Shown here: piece by piece, positions 40,745-54,152 of the stretch
Position numbering within the stretch: the stretch's first letter is position 1
Layout of the letters: each line of letters opens with the position of its first letter
Assembly (NCBI RefSeq): GCF_006345805.1
Contig: NC_043000.1
Span: 14,384,001 to 14,448,000 of the forward strand
Length of the DNA stretch: 64,000 nucleotides
Direction: 5' to 3'
Source: Octopus sinensis
Lineage: Eukaryota
Made by a program: the position numbers and the translations under genes
Notes under the pieces: model-generated
Told to the model about the DNA's origin: nothing
Databases searched by the model: none
The model's input: only the letters and a program-made list of their open reading frames with translations

Positions 40745-41193
40745 ACTCATTAATATAAAGGTCGTTGTCTCATGAAATAATCAGATGAGTAATTCGACAC
40801 TAGTTGATTGAAATACATTCTGCTGTCGGAACCATGAGCAAATTGGCGGACAAAGGGTTACGCCAGAAATTTCGTATCAATTGAGCTTCGCGAAAACTAC
40901 TCTGGAAGAATTACAAAGAATCTTTTAAGGTACGAAACTGTACTAACGCCAAAGTTTTCCGGTCGTTCGTTCTCGTTATATTTTGGATGAAATATTTTTA
41001 GAGACGGTTGTTATTGCTGTTTTTATGCCTGACCAGAATACTCTTTCAAATTTTGGTGCAAGGTTAGCAATTTGGGTAGGGATGGGGTGGTGGGAGTCGA
41101 TTACATCAGGGTGGAAGGATGGAAAAGTTGGCCTTGGTGAGGTTTAAACTTAGCACATAAAGACTAGGTGCTGCTGGCTTAATTACACACGTC

Positions 41194-41309
41194 TCAAGTT
41201 AGAGAAAGGGTGCGTATTATACACAAGGTTTAGATTTTTCAGAAATACAGCCCCCTAAAAATCCCCTGCGTATTATACTCAAGGGCGGACTATACTCGAG
41301 AATTTGCAG
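41194..41309. mobile_element. Terminal fragment of the MITE at 44347-44858
   Basis: Reverse complement of ~44347-44463. Confidence 0.8.
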
Positions 41310-41755
41310 TAATATCAATGGCAGTTTATGATTGAGGCAAATGAATGCTTTCTTCTGTTTAATGGGTTATTTCTTTATATAAAGCCTTCATCTATTCTCT
41401 AGCAACGATATATTTTCTTTCTCACAATACACGTCGTCTGCAGTCTCTTTGTTTTGACTGATTGTTTGTGTATATTGAATTTATTGTGTGGAATATGTTT
41501 CTGCGTAATTTAGTCTGCTAAACTACTTGAATAGATATTATTAATTAGCATTTGCTTTGTCTTATTCATTTGCTTTTGTAATACTGCTTTTGTCGATGAG
41601 AATCTAAATGCTCAACTGAGTAGGGATTTTGTTAGCGAAGTTTTTATATATTTGCGGACATTCACTGCTTTCAGAATATGGTGTTTCAACACGTTCTATA
41701 GATCATTAGGTGAAACCAGTAAAATAGTGTTCCTCTGTGTGTGTCTGTCTGACCG

Positions 41756-41837
<82 letters not shown>

Positions 41838-42066
41838 ATAAGATCTATCTATCATGTATCATAAGTTGAAGACGGGAAGGATGGCTTCCCTTCGCAAATA
41901 CTGATAGGGCACAGAAAGTGTGTCTATAGCCAGCTGGAGGAGGTGTCCTCCTGGGGCTACAAACTACAGTAGCATCCACCCTTAGGGGTTAGCCATATTC
42001 AAATGGCAAATATACGTCACTATATATATATATATATATATATAGATATATATATATATATATAAT

Positions 42067-42098
<32 letters not shown>

Positions 42099-42223
42099 GT
42101 TATATATATATATATATTTATATATATAATACATACATATATATATACACATATAGATGTCTATATACATATATATATCAGTTGTATATATATACACACA
42201 TACATATATACATGCACACACAG

Positions 42224-42255
<32 letters not shown>

Positions 42256-42480
42256 ACACACACACACACACATGTCTGGTTATCTCTGTCCCTCGGCATG
42301 CCAGTAGTACATCGGCTCTAATTCCTGCTCTAATTTCTCGTTCGAGACAGAACGAGAATAGTTGCTGGTATTTTAAGATGCATTTAAGGCCCCTTGTTTA
42401 AGTTTACCGCAGGGACATTGAAAGGAGGCCACTATCTTCGCTGCGATTAAAACATCACCATCAACTTATATTATCGAGGA

Positions 42481-42496
42481 CGATGACGACGACAAC

Positions 42497-42534
<38 letters not shown>

Positions 42535-42658
42535 CGATGATGACGATGACGATAATGACGATGAAGATGATGACGATGATGACGATGATGATGAGGATGC
42601 TGATGATGATGATGACGATGACGATGACGATGATGATGATGATGACGATGATGATGAT

Positions 42659-42705
<47 letters not shown>

Positions 42706-43152
42706 TGATGATGATGACGACGACGATGACGATAATGACGATGAAGATGATGACGACGGTGACGATAATGACGACGATGACGATGATGATGATGACGATC
42801 ATGATGACGATCATGACGACGATGATAACGATGATGACGATGATGACGATGTTGACGATGACGATGATGGCGATGATGATGATGACGATGATGATGATGA
42901 TGATGACAATGATGATGATGATGATGATGATGGTGGTTTTAACCTTCAATACGACAGCAATCATGACCATCATCCTTATAATCATCGCAGTTATCTAGCA
43001 AAATGACGACGATTGCGATGACGACGACGACAATAACGATCAACCACCACTGTCAACGCGAATAACGCCGCCACCATCACCAGCAGCAACACTACCACTG
43101 TCATCTTCCTCCTCCTTATCATCATCATCACCATCATCATCATCATCCCATC

Positions 43153-43184
<32 letters not shown>

Positions 43185-43266
43185 CATCACCATCATCATC
43201 ATGACCACCACCACCATCATCATCATCACCACTACCACCACCACCACCACCACCATCACCACCACC

Positions 43267-43297
<31 letters not shown>

Positions 43298-43447
43298 CCA
43301 TCATAATCATCATCACCATCACCATCATCATCATCACCATCATAATCATCATCACCATCACCATCATCATCATCATCATCATCATCATTGTCATCATCAT
43401 CATCATCATCATCACCACCGCCATCTTTATCATCGTCATCATCATTA
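42481..43447. repeat. (GAT/GAC)n block 42481-42932 followed by (CAT/CAC)n block ~43098-43447
   Basis: Direct reading; explains the poly-D/M/I/T ORFs. Confidence 0.95.
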
Positions 43448-44346
43448 TCGGCGTTTGAAGAATGCAAAGAACGAGAGTATACATTGCAACAAACCTGACT
43501 ATGCAGCATCTATTATACGAAGATGGCGGTTAAATACTTGAAGAAAGATGTTCTATATTCACCCACCTACCCGACTGCCCGCCAACCAACCCCTTCCACC
43601 GTCACCATACACCGCTATTTCGACAATAACAACTGTCTGTTGGGAAGAAACAGTCGCAGTTTTGTCACGCTACGCTGTTCCAGGCGGTTCAGTTTTGATA
43701 AGCACCAATCTGAGTTATATTACCGTGTTTACTTTTTAACACCCAAATTTAATTAAATAGCCATTTTCACTGCTTTACATTAGATGTATTATTTTCACAT
43801 ACTTTCATATTTTCATTTCGCTATTTCTATTTCAGCTGCGACGAACATATTTTTCTTAATATTAATCAAGACGATTGTGACTATCACCATCATCTTGATT
43901 TTTTAAAAAATGCTGATAATATTAGATTCAAATTTTGGCACAAGGCCAGCAGTTTCGGAGAGGGGTGGGGGTTAAGTCGATTGCATCGACCCCATTGTTC
44001 AACTGGTACTTACGTTATCGACCCTCGACAGGAGTAGATAGCATATATACCCTGTGCCAAAAATTGAAGTCATATTATTTCATTAATGTATTGCATCTCA
44101 AAATAACACTTAACTGTAAACTATAGAAGGTAAGCATTTAATTTCCGGTGGTTGTTTTTCATATATTGGATTAGAAGACGGAATAATACTCATCATATTG
44201 TTTAACCACTTGTTACATTTCGTGGGTCCAGATAATGATAGATTTCATACACAAACTATTGAAGAAAGATAAAATATATAATGGCCATTATAAAATGCGA
44301 CGACAGTACAGCGATGATTCGTTCATATCTTGTCTGCACGAATATA

Positions 44347-44858
44347 CCGAAAATCCTCGAGTATAGTCCACCCTTGAGTATAATACGCAGGGGATTTTTA
44401 GGAAGCTGTACCTCTGAAAAACCTAAACCTTGTGTATAATACGCACCCCTTTTCTAACTTGAGTCAAGGAGGTCTATATAACGTTCTTGGTTTGTAAAAA
44501 TGTATACGCTAACGTCCTTTATTATTATTGTATATATAACATAATGCAAACGTGTAGCTTTTTTGTGCATTTTGTTTGCAGAAAATAAAGAAATAAGAGT
44601 AATAACGTTTAATAAATGTTACTTACTGCAAGTTATGGATGATTCTTTTATGACTTCATTGCTTTCAGGCTTAGCTTAAGGTATTTTCGCCCCCGACCTC
44701 ACAAAATGCGTCTGAATAAACATTGCCGGACAGCAAATAGAGACGCGGACATTGCTTAGAAAATAATTTTCATTTTTAACCTCGTATATAGTACGCACTA
44801 GGGATTTTGACCATTAAATTTTGGGAAAAAAATGCAGATTATACTCGAGGATTTACGG
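44347..44858. mobile_element. Tc1/mariner-pogo-type MITE
   Basis: TA flanks; TIRs ccgaaaatcctcgagtata / tatactcgaggatttacgg. Confidence 0.85.
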
Positions 44859-44976
44859 TATATATGAAAGATTAAGTTCAGTAATCGCGAACACATGTTC
44901 ACAATCTAATTTGTCCCACAAAAGAAAATTATATTTCAATTTTAAAATATGTATTTTTTTTTTCCCCATGTTTAAT

Positions 44977-45275
44977 GCGGCGAGCTGGCAGAAACGTTAG
45001 CAAGCAGGGCGAATTGCTTAGCAGTATTTCGTCTGTCTTTACGTTCTGAGTTCGTTCCGCCGTGGTCGACTTTGCCTTTCATCCTTTCGGGGTCGATAAA
45101 TTAAGTACCAGTTAAGCACTGGGGTCGATATAATCGACTTAATACCTATGTCTGTCCATGTTTGTCCCCTCTATGTTTAGCCCCTTATGAGTAATAAAGA
45201 AATAGGTATTTCTTCTGGCTTTTTGCATTCTGATTTCAAATCTATCCGAGTTCAATTTTGCTTTCATTCTTTCAA
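44977..45275 (+). mobile_element. SINE-B plus degenerate second unit
   Basis: Head gcggcgagctggcagaa; tail runs into ggtatttc.tctg…tcaaat. Confidence 0.85.
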
Positions 45276-46194
45276 TGCTGCTAGAACCACTGAAATCATC
45301 ATTCTCGCAATTTCGTTAGTGTTCTCTTTGAATTTTTTGTTGAGAATTTTCTCACTCAGATCGAAAAAGTACATTGTAAAGCTTGCATATATTCGTGTCT
45401 GGACCAAAACGTTTCAAAGATACTGCAAATTGAAAACGCCGTAATACTTGCTTATGCAGATACAACTCTTCCTGTTTCCAGTTTCATCAAGGTTGACAGT
45501 AGTAACACAAGCCTTTTGTCGACCATAAATCATTGTCATTTGATCACTGTCATTTAAAACGACATCCACTTCATTACAGGAACGTCGTGTAAAAGTTTTG
45601 GTATTGTATCTACAGAGCCGACCACCTGGAGTATAGCATTTATTTCACAATAAACAACTGAGCACCATTGGTTAATAATGCAACAGAAAGGAGATGTTAC
45701 TGATAAGTAGAAACAGTAAAAATATGTACAAATTCAATGGAAAATAATGCTTCTTGGTGACACTCAGCAGCGCATTTTCTAATCAAATTTAATGATTTTG
45801 CAAAGCATGACATATAGTCTTCAAACTCATTCACTTCTTTAAGTCATCCTTGTAAGCCACTATTTTTGTCACTCATATTGTTGGCATCGTCATAATTTTG
45901 ACGACAGCAGTGTTTTATATCAATGTCATTTTCCTCTAAAATGTCAAGTTAACTTCGAGCAAGCTGGACAGTACTATGACTTTTTCATATCCCAAACTTT
46001 CACAAATCTTTCAACTGCCCTAGACAGCAAAACACAGCATACAGTCGAAAGTCAACTGGTTCACAATAGATATATCTGGACTAGAAGTCAATGGAGTAGA
46101 ATAATTCTTGTCTTTTTCCACTTCACAGACAATGTGATCCAGTATACTAAATCCAATACGAATGATGAATTCCTCAAGTTGTTTTAGACAGGTA

Positions 46195-47437
46195 CGAGGG
46201 ATATTCATTAAAGATCCCCCTGACCCACTTCCGGTTACTGCTGAAAAGGGAACTTGTACGGGTATAAAGATACATGTCTCTACATCTCTCATTGTAAATT
46301 ACAGCTTTCCACTAGTATTCGTTTGTCTTTTGCGGCTGCTGAAGTGAACTAAGGTGTTATAATGAAGGCAGTTGAATGCAGACAGTGATCAGGTTCTTAT
46401 ACTTGAAACGTCGTACACCATAAGAGACTTTCGATGAGATGAAAGAAGTTTATGGTGACGATGCACCATCATACGACTGGTATTACCAGTTCAGACGTGG
46501 TCGGACATCAGTGAAAACTCCCTATTCCTGGACGACCACATTCCGCTATTGATGACAACACCATCCATAAAGTGAAAGCCGCTACTTTGGAGGATCACTG
46601 CATAACTATTCGGTAACTACCTCAAGAGTTGAAGATAAGTGTAGGGTCCGTAGAAAAGATTATTCACGACCATTTGCACATGAAGAAGTTGTCTGCACGA
46701 TGGATTCCCTGGATTCTCACATTTTTTTCTGAAGCAGGAACGAGTCAATTGCTCCAAGGCTCTTTTGGCAATGTGCCAAGAAAACGAGGAGGACTTTTTC
46801 GGCGGACTTATCACACATGGATGAAAACATAGGTCCATCATTATGATCCTGAAACTAAAGTTCAGTCAAAACAATGGAAGCATGATAACTCAACACCTCC
46901 AAAGAAGGCTCGCATCCAGCCTTCAGCGGGTAAGGTGATGCTCACAGTCTTTTGAGACCAGTGCAGAGTAGTGATGATGGATTTTCTGGCAAAGGGCATC
47001 ACAATTGCGGGACGCCATCAAAGCAGAGAGGCGTGGCATCCTGAGTAAAGGAGTCCGCCTCCTCCAAGACAACGCCCCAATTCACAATGCGCATGTTGCC
47101 CAGATGAAAGAACACTCCCGCGGTATGAAATCCTCTTCATCCCCCTTACTCTCCCGACCCTCCCATCATCTGACTTCCACCTCTTCCCAACCATGAAGTC
47201 TTTATTTGAAGGGAAGCACTTTTTGGATGATGATCTTATTTCCGAGGTAAAGTCTTGGCTCCAGACGCAACCTGCTGACTTCTACAGACGAGTTCTTCAC
47301 AGCTGCATAAAGCGACGGGAGAAGTGTGTCACCATTGGTAGTGGCTATGTCGAGAAGGACTAATAATTATGCCAAGTTTTGTTTATACTAGTCCCTGAGA
47401 AGTGGGTCAGGGGAAATCTTTAACGAACACCCCCTCG
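46195..47437 (+). mobile_element. Decayed mariner (DD34D-like) inserted in the hAT transposase
   Basis: ~36-bp TIRs and TA on both sides; motifs KKLSARWIP, HHYDPETK, SAGKVM, LQDNAPIH. Confidence 0.93.
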
Positions 47438-48051
47438 TATGATTTATGTTTTCTGTATATGCTTGAATATTTACAAGTTACATCAGTCTAAGGTCGAATA
47501 CTTCTAATTTACGTAACGAGAAGTGCCAACTGTTTTGTCAATAGCACGAAATGATAGGTTTCAGACTAAAACCTTTAAAACTTCAGTTATTCTCTCTAAA
47601 TAAAAAAAAAATGGTGCCGATACTTTTTGTTCCGTTTCCATTTCTTTCACGCGTTGAGAATCAACAGGTTCATTTTATTCTGCTCATCAGCAGAAAAGAA
47701 TGAGACTTGCTGGTCGTTGCGTCAGGCATCCAGAAGAACCTATGTGTCAACTGGTCTGATGGCAGTCAGTTGGAGGTGGTAGAATCAACGGGGGAAATAA
47801 ATGTCTAACCTATGTGGAGAGCTTGCTCCAGAAGGGTGGAATGGCAAATGTTGAAGAATTAAAAACATGCATGGGGGACTGTGATGGATGGCGTGCTCGC
47901 GTGAAATCATTGAAGCGTCCGGGAGGCGGCCAAAGTCACTAAGCTTTGATAAACACCTTGAAGTCATAACCTTACGTGGCCAAAACAGAGCAGGCTTCCT
48001 TTGCTTTCTGAATCGCAAACCAACATCTTGACTATTGCTTGTTTATAGATT

Positions 48052-48487
48052 TGTGAGTCACCTGTCAGCTTCGCTGACTGACAGGTGACGGTTGTTTAGA
48101 GAATGCGTGGGCTAAAACTACGCGCCTTCACTAGTCAGTTAAGGTGAGACAGTGTCACGTGACAACTTGCTGGAGCTGCCTGCTGGAGCCTAGCAGCAGG
48201 TATATTAAGGGAAAAAATTGGAAAGTCAGTTAGTCACCGGCTGACACTCGCTGACGATACATCGAAGAGGCCAGGGAACAGAAGAAAGAAGAAGAAAGAA
48301 GACATGCACCCAACACCAGAGCTGAAGACACCTCCGAAAGGGGGGGGGGGCCACGTCAAAACGGTAGAGGAGTAGGGGCCGAAACCGGACGTGGTTCCTC
48401 CTGATGATGTCTTGAGCTAATTGGATCCTATAAAGGAGCTGTTGTGGTAGCAGACCACGAAACACGGTTGTAATTCCTCCGTTGACA
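48052..48487. mobile_element. 436-bp insertion in the hAT ORF, TG…CA ends; solo-LTR-like or small TIR element
   Basis: GC-richer, interrupts the inferred transposase frame, contains palindromes and tatattaa. Confidence 0.4.
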
Positions 48488-50259
48488 TAATCTAGATTTC
48501 TTTTTAATGTCTTACAGCGTGATTGAAGAGAAATCCCTGTAAGCACATTAACATCCATCTCTCCCCTTGGTTATCAAATATTTTTACGATCACACTCGTC
48601 TTGATTATTTAGCCATTCACCAGTATCATTACCGTATTAGTTCCTTTATTTGTTTCATACGCAGTGAATGCTAACTATTGCTGTATATCTTTTACCGCCT
48701 CTAGTGCGAACTGTTCCTAGATTTCCAGCTTCAGCCGTCACACCTTCATTATCATCAAAATATTCTGTCAACTTAACGTGTTTTTAATACACATGTCACC
48801 TTCCTTTTTTTTTTTCCTTCTTTCACTTTTGTTTTGCACTTTCGCTGCATAATGATGGCCAATGTCACGATTCTAGTGCTCATGCTATCTGCAATAGAAA
48901 AAGAAATCTAATAAAACATGCATTTAAAAACGAATATTCTATGTAAATCAACAAGTTAATGATAGCAAGAGACCAAGCTGTGTTTTCCAGCGTAACAGTT
49001 ACGAAACAGCATGTCGTATGCTATAAGTTTTAAAACGTACTGTTACGGTGGCTGTAAAATATTAGTAATAATTTAATTTGTTCGACCGATTTTATGTATG
49101 AAAAAAAATTAAATTAAATCATTGTATGATGGAATTAATAATTTGAAATAGACAACTAGAATAGCAAGACCTATTGATTAACATCAAACAAAAATTAAGT
49201 TTGTTCGTTCAATTTAATTATTGTAATGCGTTTAATTTAAAGTGTATTGGATCTGGAAAGTATTCCGTGCGTTGGATCAACTTTAAATACTTGATCGCTC
49301 GTAAAATTTCAATGCTGTATAGTAGTAAAGAAACAGAACAAAACAATCACTGAATCGGAAATAACTTCCACGCATTTAGCACAGAGCCTGTAGCGTATGC
49401 TACCCTTACTATATGCAAGGCTAATCCGGCAATGGAAGCTGGTGTTTAGATAAGTTGGCATGTTGTGGGGCAGAAAAGGAACCTGTATGAGAGAGAAGAG
49501 CTGTAATTAAAAGCACTCTTTCAGACGAATAGACAGCCAGGCCCTGCGTTTTATGAATTTCTCCAATCTCATCACTAGTCCGATAGAGTAAGTACCGTGC
49601 TTAAAAAAAAAGAAAGGAAGTACTAGGGTCGATTTGTTCGACTAAACGCTTCAAGGCGGTACCCCAGCATGGCCACAGTCCAAAGAATGAAACAAGAATA
49701 AGAACATTAGAATAAAAGAATAAATGAATTGTGTATTCTCAAGGATAAAGCTCAGAGTTTTTCACCATAATTCACTCAAAGTAAAAGAGTAAACGTCAAC
49801 TCCTCAACAAATGAGAACCTCGTCCCCTGCCCAACCCGCTTTAAAACAAAAATAAAGTTTGGTGTTTAAGTGAGAAATGAAAGGAAATGCATAATGTTGT
49901 TTAAGGGTGTTATAAATCACAAATGACGCCAGCGCCTGTGAAATATGCGGCCCTTCCCTTGCAGTTATTTCTCATGTGACTTTCGTGCTCTTTGCTTCCC
50001 TTCAAAGGTTGCATATTTTCTGTGACCTTCGTTTATAAATATGAAGTCATTCGTTGTTTTGTTCTTAGTTTAAATGACCCAGGTCAAATTGATCACTTCT
50101 TAGATTATGTATGGCTGCGTGATTCAGAAGTTCGGGTTTCGGGTTCAGTCCCACTGTGCGGCATCTTGGGTAAATGTCGTTTACTATAGCCTTGGACAGA
50201 CAAATGTCGTGTGAGTGAATTTGATAGACGGAAACTGAAGGAAGCCTATTGCATGCATG

Positions 50260-50585
50260 CAAACATACATACATACATACACACATACATGCACATACAC
50301 ACATACATACATACATACATACATTCACACATACATTCACTCATATACATACATACATACATACATACATACATTCACACATACATACATACATACATAC
50401 ATACACACATACATACATACATACATACATACATACATACACACACACATACACACACACGCATACATACATACATACATACATACATACATACATACAT
50501 ACATAAATACATACATACATGTGTGTCTATGTGCATATATATATATGTGTGTGCGTGTATGCCTCTCTCTCTCTCTCTCTCGCTC

Positions 50586-50670
<85 letters not shown>
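50260..50670. repeat. (CATA)n/(CA)n then (CT)n microsatellites
   Basis: Direct reading. Confidence 0.95.
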
Positions 50671-50673
<3 letters not shown>

Positions 50674-50993
50674 TATCTTTAAGCTCGTTTAAGGGATAAC
50701 ATCCGAGTGCTTTGGTTGCCTCGTTCATCACACCAATAATTAACACGCACTGTTTCAGTTTCACCTCTTTTCTGCTCTAGGCACAAGGCCCGAAATTACT
50801 GAGGAGGGGGCCAATCCATTAGATCGACACCAGTATGCAACTAGTACTTCATTTATCGATCCGGCGTGCTAACGTTTCTGCCAGCTCGCCGCCTTATCCT
50901 TGGGGATGTCTGAGACAAAGATTGTATTAATAACGTCCCGTCGGACATCTTTGTGAGAGGGGAACATTTCACCAGACACAGCGGCATAAAAGA

Positions 50994-51036
<43 letters not shown>

Positions 51037-51602
51037 TGTGTGTCTGTGTGTGTGCGCGTGCGTGCGTGTGTTTCTGTTTGTTCGCCCCAGTACCTCTTCA
51101 CAACTGCTGTTGGTTTGTTTTTATCTCCATAACTTAACGGTTCGACAAAAGAGATGGACAGAATAAATATCAGACTTAAAAAATAAGTAGTAAGAGCCAT
51201 CAAGGCAGTGCCTCAGCATGGCCACAATCCAATGACTGGAACAAGTTAAAGCGAACCCTCAATAACTCACACATCTATTTTTCGAATGTTCTCTGCAGCC
51301 ACCAACCTACATGTTTAATTTATTGCATTAAAGCTACGAGTTCCCATGTTGTTTAAAAAAGGGCAACAAAACCATATCCCTACTTCCCCCTTTTCTTTCC
51401 ACCGTAAGAATAAAAGGTAATTTCTATATTTCATTTTTGTATTTTGTATTTTGTTTGCAAGATTCTTGATGCGAATTCGTGAGATCTTTTCTGTTTGCTT
51501 ATCACTTTTCGAATTCTTCAATTTTGTTCCAATTGATTTCAAATTTGGTGTGCGGATGTAGTTTTGTATGCTAATTATTAACACGAAAGTCATTTTCGCC
51601 AT

Positions 51603-51984
51603 GGAATGGAAGCACTCCGTCGGTTACGACGACGAGGGTTCCGGTTGATCCGATCAACGGAACAGCCTGCTCGTGAAATTAACGTGTAAGTGGCTGAGCA
51701 CTCCACAGACACGTGTACCCTTAACGTAGTTCTCGGGGATATTCAGCGTGACACAGAGAGTGACAAGGCCGGCCCTTTGAAATACAGGTACAACAGAAAC
51801 AGGAAGTAAGAGTGAGAGAAAGTTGTGGTGAAAGAGTACAGCAGGGATCACCACCCCCTGCCGGAGCCTCGTGGAGCTTTAGGTGTTTTCGCTCAATAAA
51901 CACTCACAACGCCCGGTCTGGGAATCGAAGCCGCGATCTATGACCGCGAGTCCGCTGCCCTAACCACTGGGCCATTACGCCTCC
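51603..51984 (-). mobile_element. SINE-A, full length
   Basis: 12-bp TSD cattttcgccat (51591-51602 / 51985-51996). Confidence 0.96.
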
Positions 51985-52803
51985 CATTTTCGCCATAAAC
52001 CAATAAAGAAACTATTAATAGTTTTTAAAGTTTGCAAATTTTGGGTAATTTTAGCCAGTCGAAAGCCACGGATATATAGGTGCCTGTTTCCATAGAAACA
52101 AGCAAGCGTTGGCATTCTCCTGTTATACACCACGTGTGCTTACGGAAAACAAAATGTGCTGCTTGCTCTTTTTTTTTTCGAACTGGACTACAGTTTGTTT
52201 TTTCTGCTCTTAAAACTACAAAACTACAAAAGTACAGTCAAATAGAAAAGATCCAATTCGTGTGTTGAATCGAATTTTGCTGTACCTCTGGAGGGTCATC
52301 ACACCAATAATTAACACGCACTGTTTCAGTTTCACCTCTTTCGGTTGTCTGCTTAATCATTCGGTTTGCCAAAATGTTCTTCCGTCGTCATTCGCAACTT
52401 CTCCATTGACAATGCCTTTCGTCAGTTGTTTAATTTTCCTTCTTGTGTTTTTTCTTGCCTGCCTCTCTTCTGACACGCTGCTTGCTGCTGTTACTATCAC
52501 TACTTCTACTACAACTACAGATAATGATAATGATAATGACGATGGTGATAATGATGATGACGGCGACGACGACGACGACGACGATATAGTGATAGTGGTG
52601 GTGGCGGTGGTTGGGGGTGGCGAGGAATACGACGATGATAGGAAAGGAGACCTAATTCCTATGTTCTGAACCAAACAGTTAGTTACCTTATACAACAAAC
52701 AGCCTTTCTTTATAAGATGTACTCTTGGAGGAGACACGCACTGTTGCCATGATGAGAACTACTCTTTTTTTCTCTCTCTTACTCCTCCTCTCTTCTATTT
52801 TCT

Positions 52804-52834
<31 letters not shown>

Positions 52835-53246
52835 TTTTTACAATGTTACTCGTTTGTTAAGGTTTAGAAATAAACAAGTTTCAAGACGCCACCACAAAAC
52901 AACGAGACAGTAAGATGAGCACGAACAATCCTCACTCACTATCCATTAGGAAAATTGCGATTTCGGTGTTTTATATCTTTTACTTGTTTCAGTTTTGGGG
53001 CTGCGGCCATGCTGGAGCATCGCCATGGAAAGTTTTAGTCGAACAAATCGACACCTTGTTCTTCTATATATTTTTTTCAATTCTGGTAAATTATTCTGTT
53101 GGTTTGTTTTACCGTAAACAAACTAATACCGGATGTTAAGCGATGATAGAGAACAAACGCAACACAGACACACACGCATACACGCACAAACGCATACATA
53201 CCCTCAACAATATATATATATATATACACACACACACATATGTATG

Positions 53247-53431
53247 TAGGAATGGCTGTGTGATAAACAGCTTGCTTACGAATCACATGGTTCCGGGTTC
53301 CGTCCCACTGCGTGGCACCTTGAGTAAGTGTCTTCTACTATAGCCTCGGACCGACCAAAACTTTGTGAGTGGATTTGGTAGACGGAAACTGAAAGAAGCC
53401 CGTCGTATATATATGTGTGTGTGTGTATGTA

Positions 53432-53467
<36 letters not shown>

Positions 53468-53683
53468 TGTGTCTGTGTTTGTCCCCACCAACTTCGCTTG
53501 ACAACCGATGCTGGTGTGTTTACGCCCCCGTAACCTAGCGGTTCGGCAAAAGAGACCGCTAGAATAAGTGCTAGGCTTACAAAGAATAAGTCCTGGGGTC
53601 GATTTGCTCGACTAAAGGCGGTGCTCCAGCATGGCCACAGTCGCATGACTGAAACAAGTAGAAGAGTAAAAGAGAAAAGAGAG
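53247..53683 (+). mobile_element. SINE-C, full length
   Basis: Head, CORE-like domain, microsatellite, tail; another tail on the minus strand at 52975-53175. Confidence 0.92.
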
Positions 53684-53714
<31 letters not shown>

Positions 53715-53744
53715 AATCCAAAAGGGAAACAAAAAAACAACAAC

Positions 53745-53945
53745 AACAGGAACAATTACAGTATTATTATTAATAGGCGCTCAGGAGATGGAAGCAGGGA
53801 GGTATGACGTTTCGAGCGGAGCTCTTCGTCGGAAACATAAAGAAGGAAGAGAGAGGAAAGAAAGATCCCAGAGCGGGCAACAGGGAAAGAGAAAAAAGAC
53901 GACTGGTGTTTACGAGTTGCACATGGTGAAAGGCGGATGTTGACG
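53745..53945 (-). mobile_element. Penelope-pLTR-like fragment
   Basis: Non-coding, pyrimidine-rich on minus strand, contains a minimal hammerhead. Confidence 0.5.
53802..53836 (-). ncRNA. Minimal type I hammerhead, U4C variant
   Basis: GUUU-CCGACGA-A-GAGC(UCC)GCUC-GAAA-CGU-C-AUAC; stem I 3/4 paired. Confidence 0.6.
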
Positions 53946-54152
53946 ATAACAAGAGCAAAGTGGGTTTTTAAAGGCAACGACGGGATTCCTCACAGTTTCT
54001 GTCTACCAAATTCATTCACAAGGCACTGGTCGGCTGGAGGTTATAGAAGAAAACATTGCCCACAGTGCGGCGCAGGACTAAACACAAAACCACAACGTTG
54101 CATAACGAACTACATAGTCATATTCGTTCCAGCTTTTATTATTATTATTATT

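Larger units (their letters stand above)
45440..49546 (-). mobile_element. Fragmented hAT transposon (ZMYM1/TTF-type transposase) with nested insertions
   Basis: Minus translations IDIKHCCRQNYDDANNMSDKNSGLQ, SPDISIVNQLTF (45480-46192); LERITEVLKVL…LSFRA (47440-47620); MLVCDSESKGSLLCF (~48000); NDTGEW (~48620); possible TIR ggccctg ending 49546. Confidence 0.78.

Noticed and set aside
42991-43509. Asp/Gly-rich 172-aa ORF as a biomineralisation-type protein
   Set aside because: Entirely trinucleotide repeat with no splice or flanking support
45200-45280. Extension of the hAT transposase
   Set aside because: Better explained as a degenerate second SINE-B unit
48375-48420. Type II hammerhead (GAAAC…CUGAUGA)
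   Set aside because: Stem II does not pair and the cleavage triplet would be GUG
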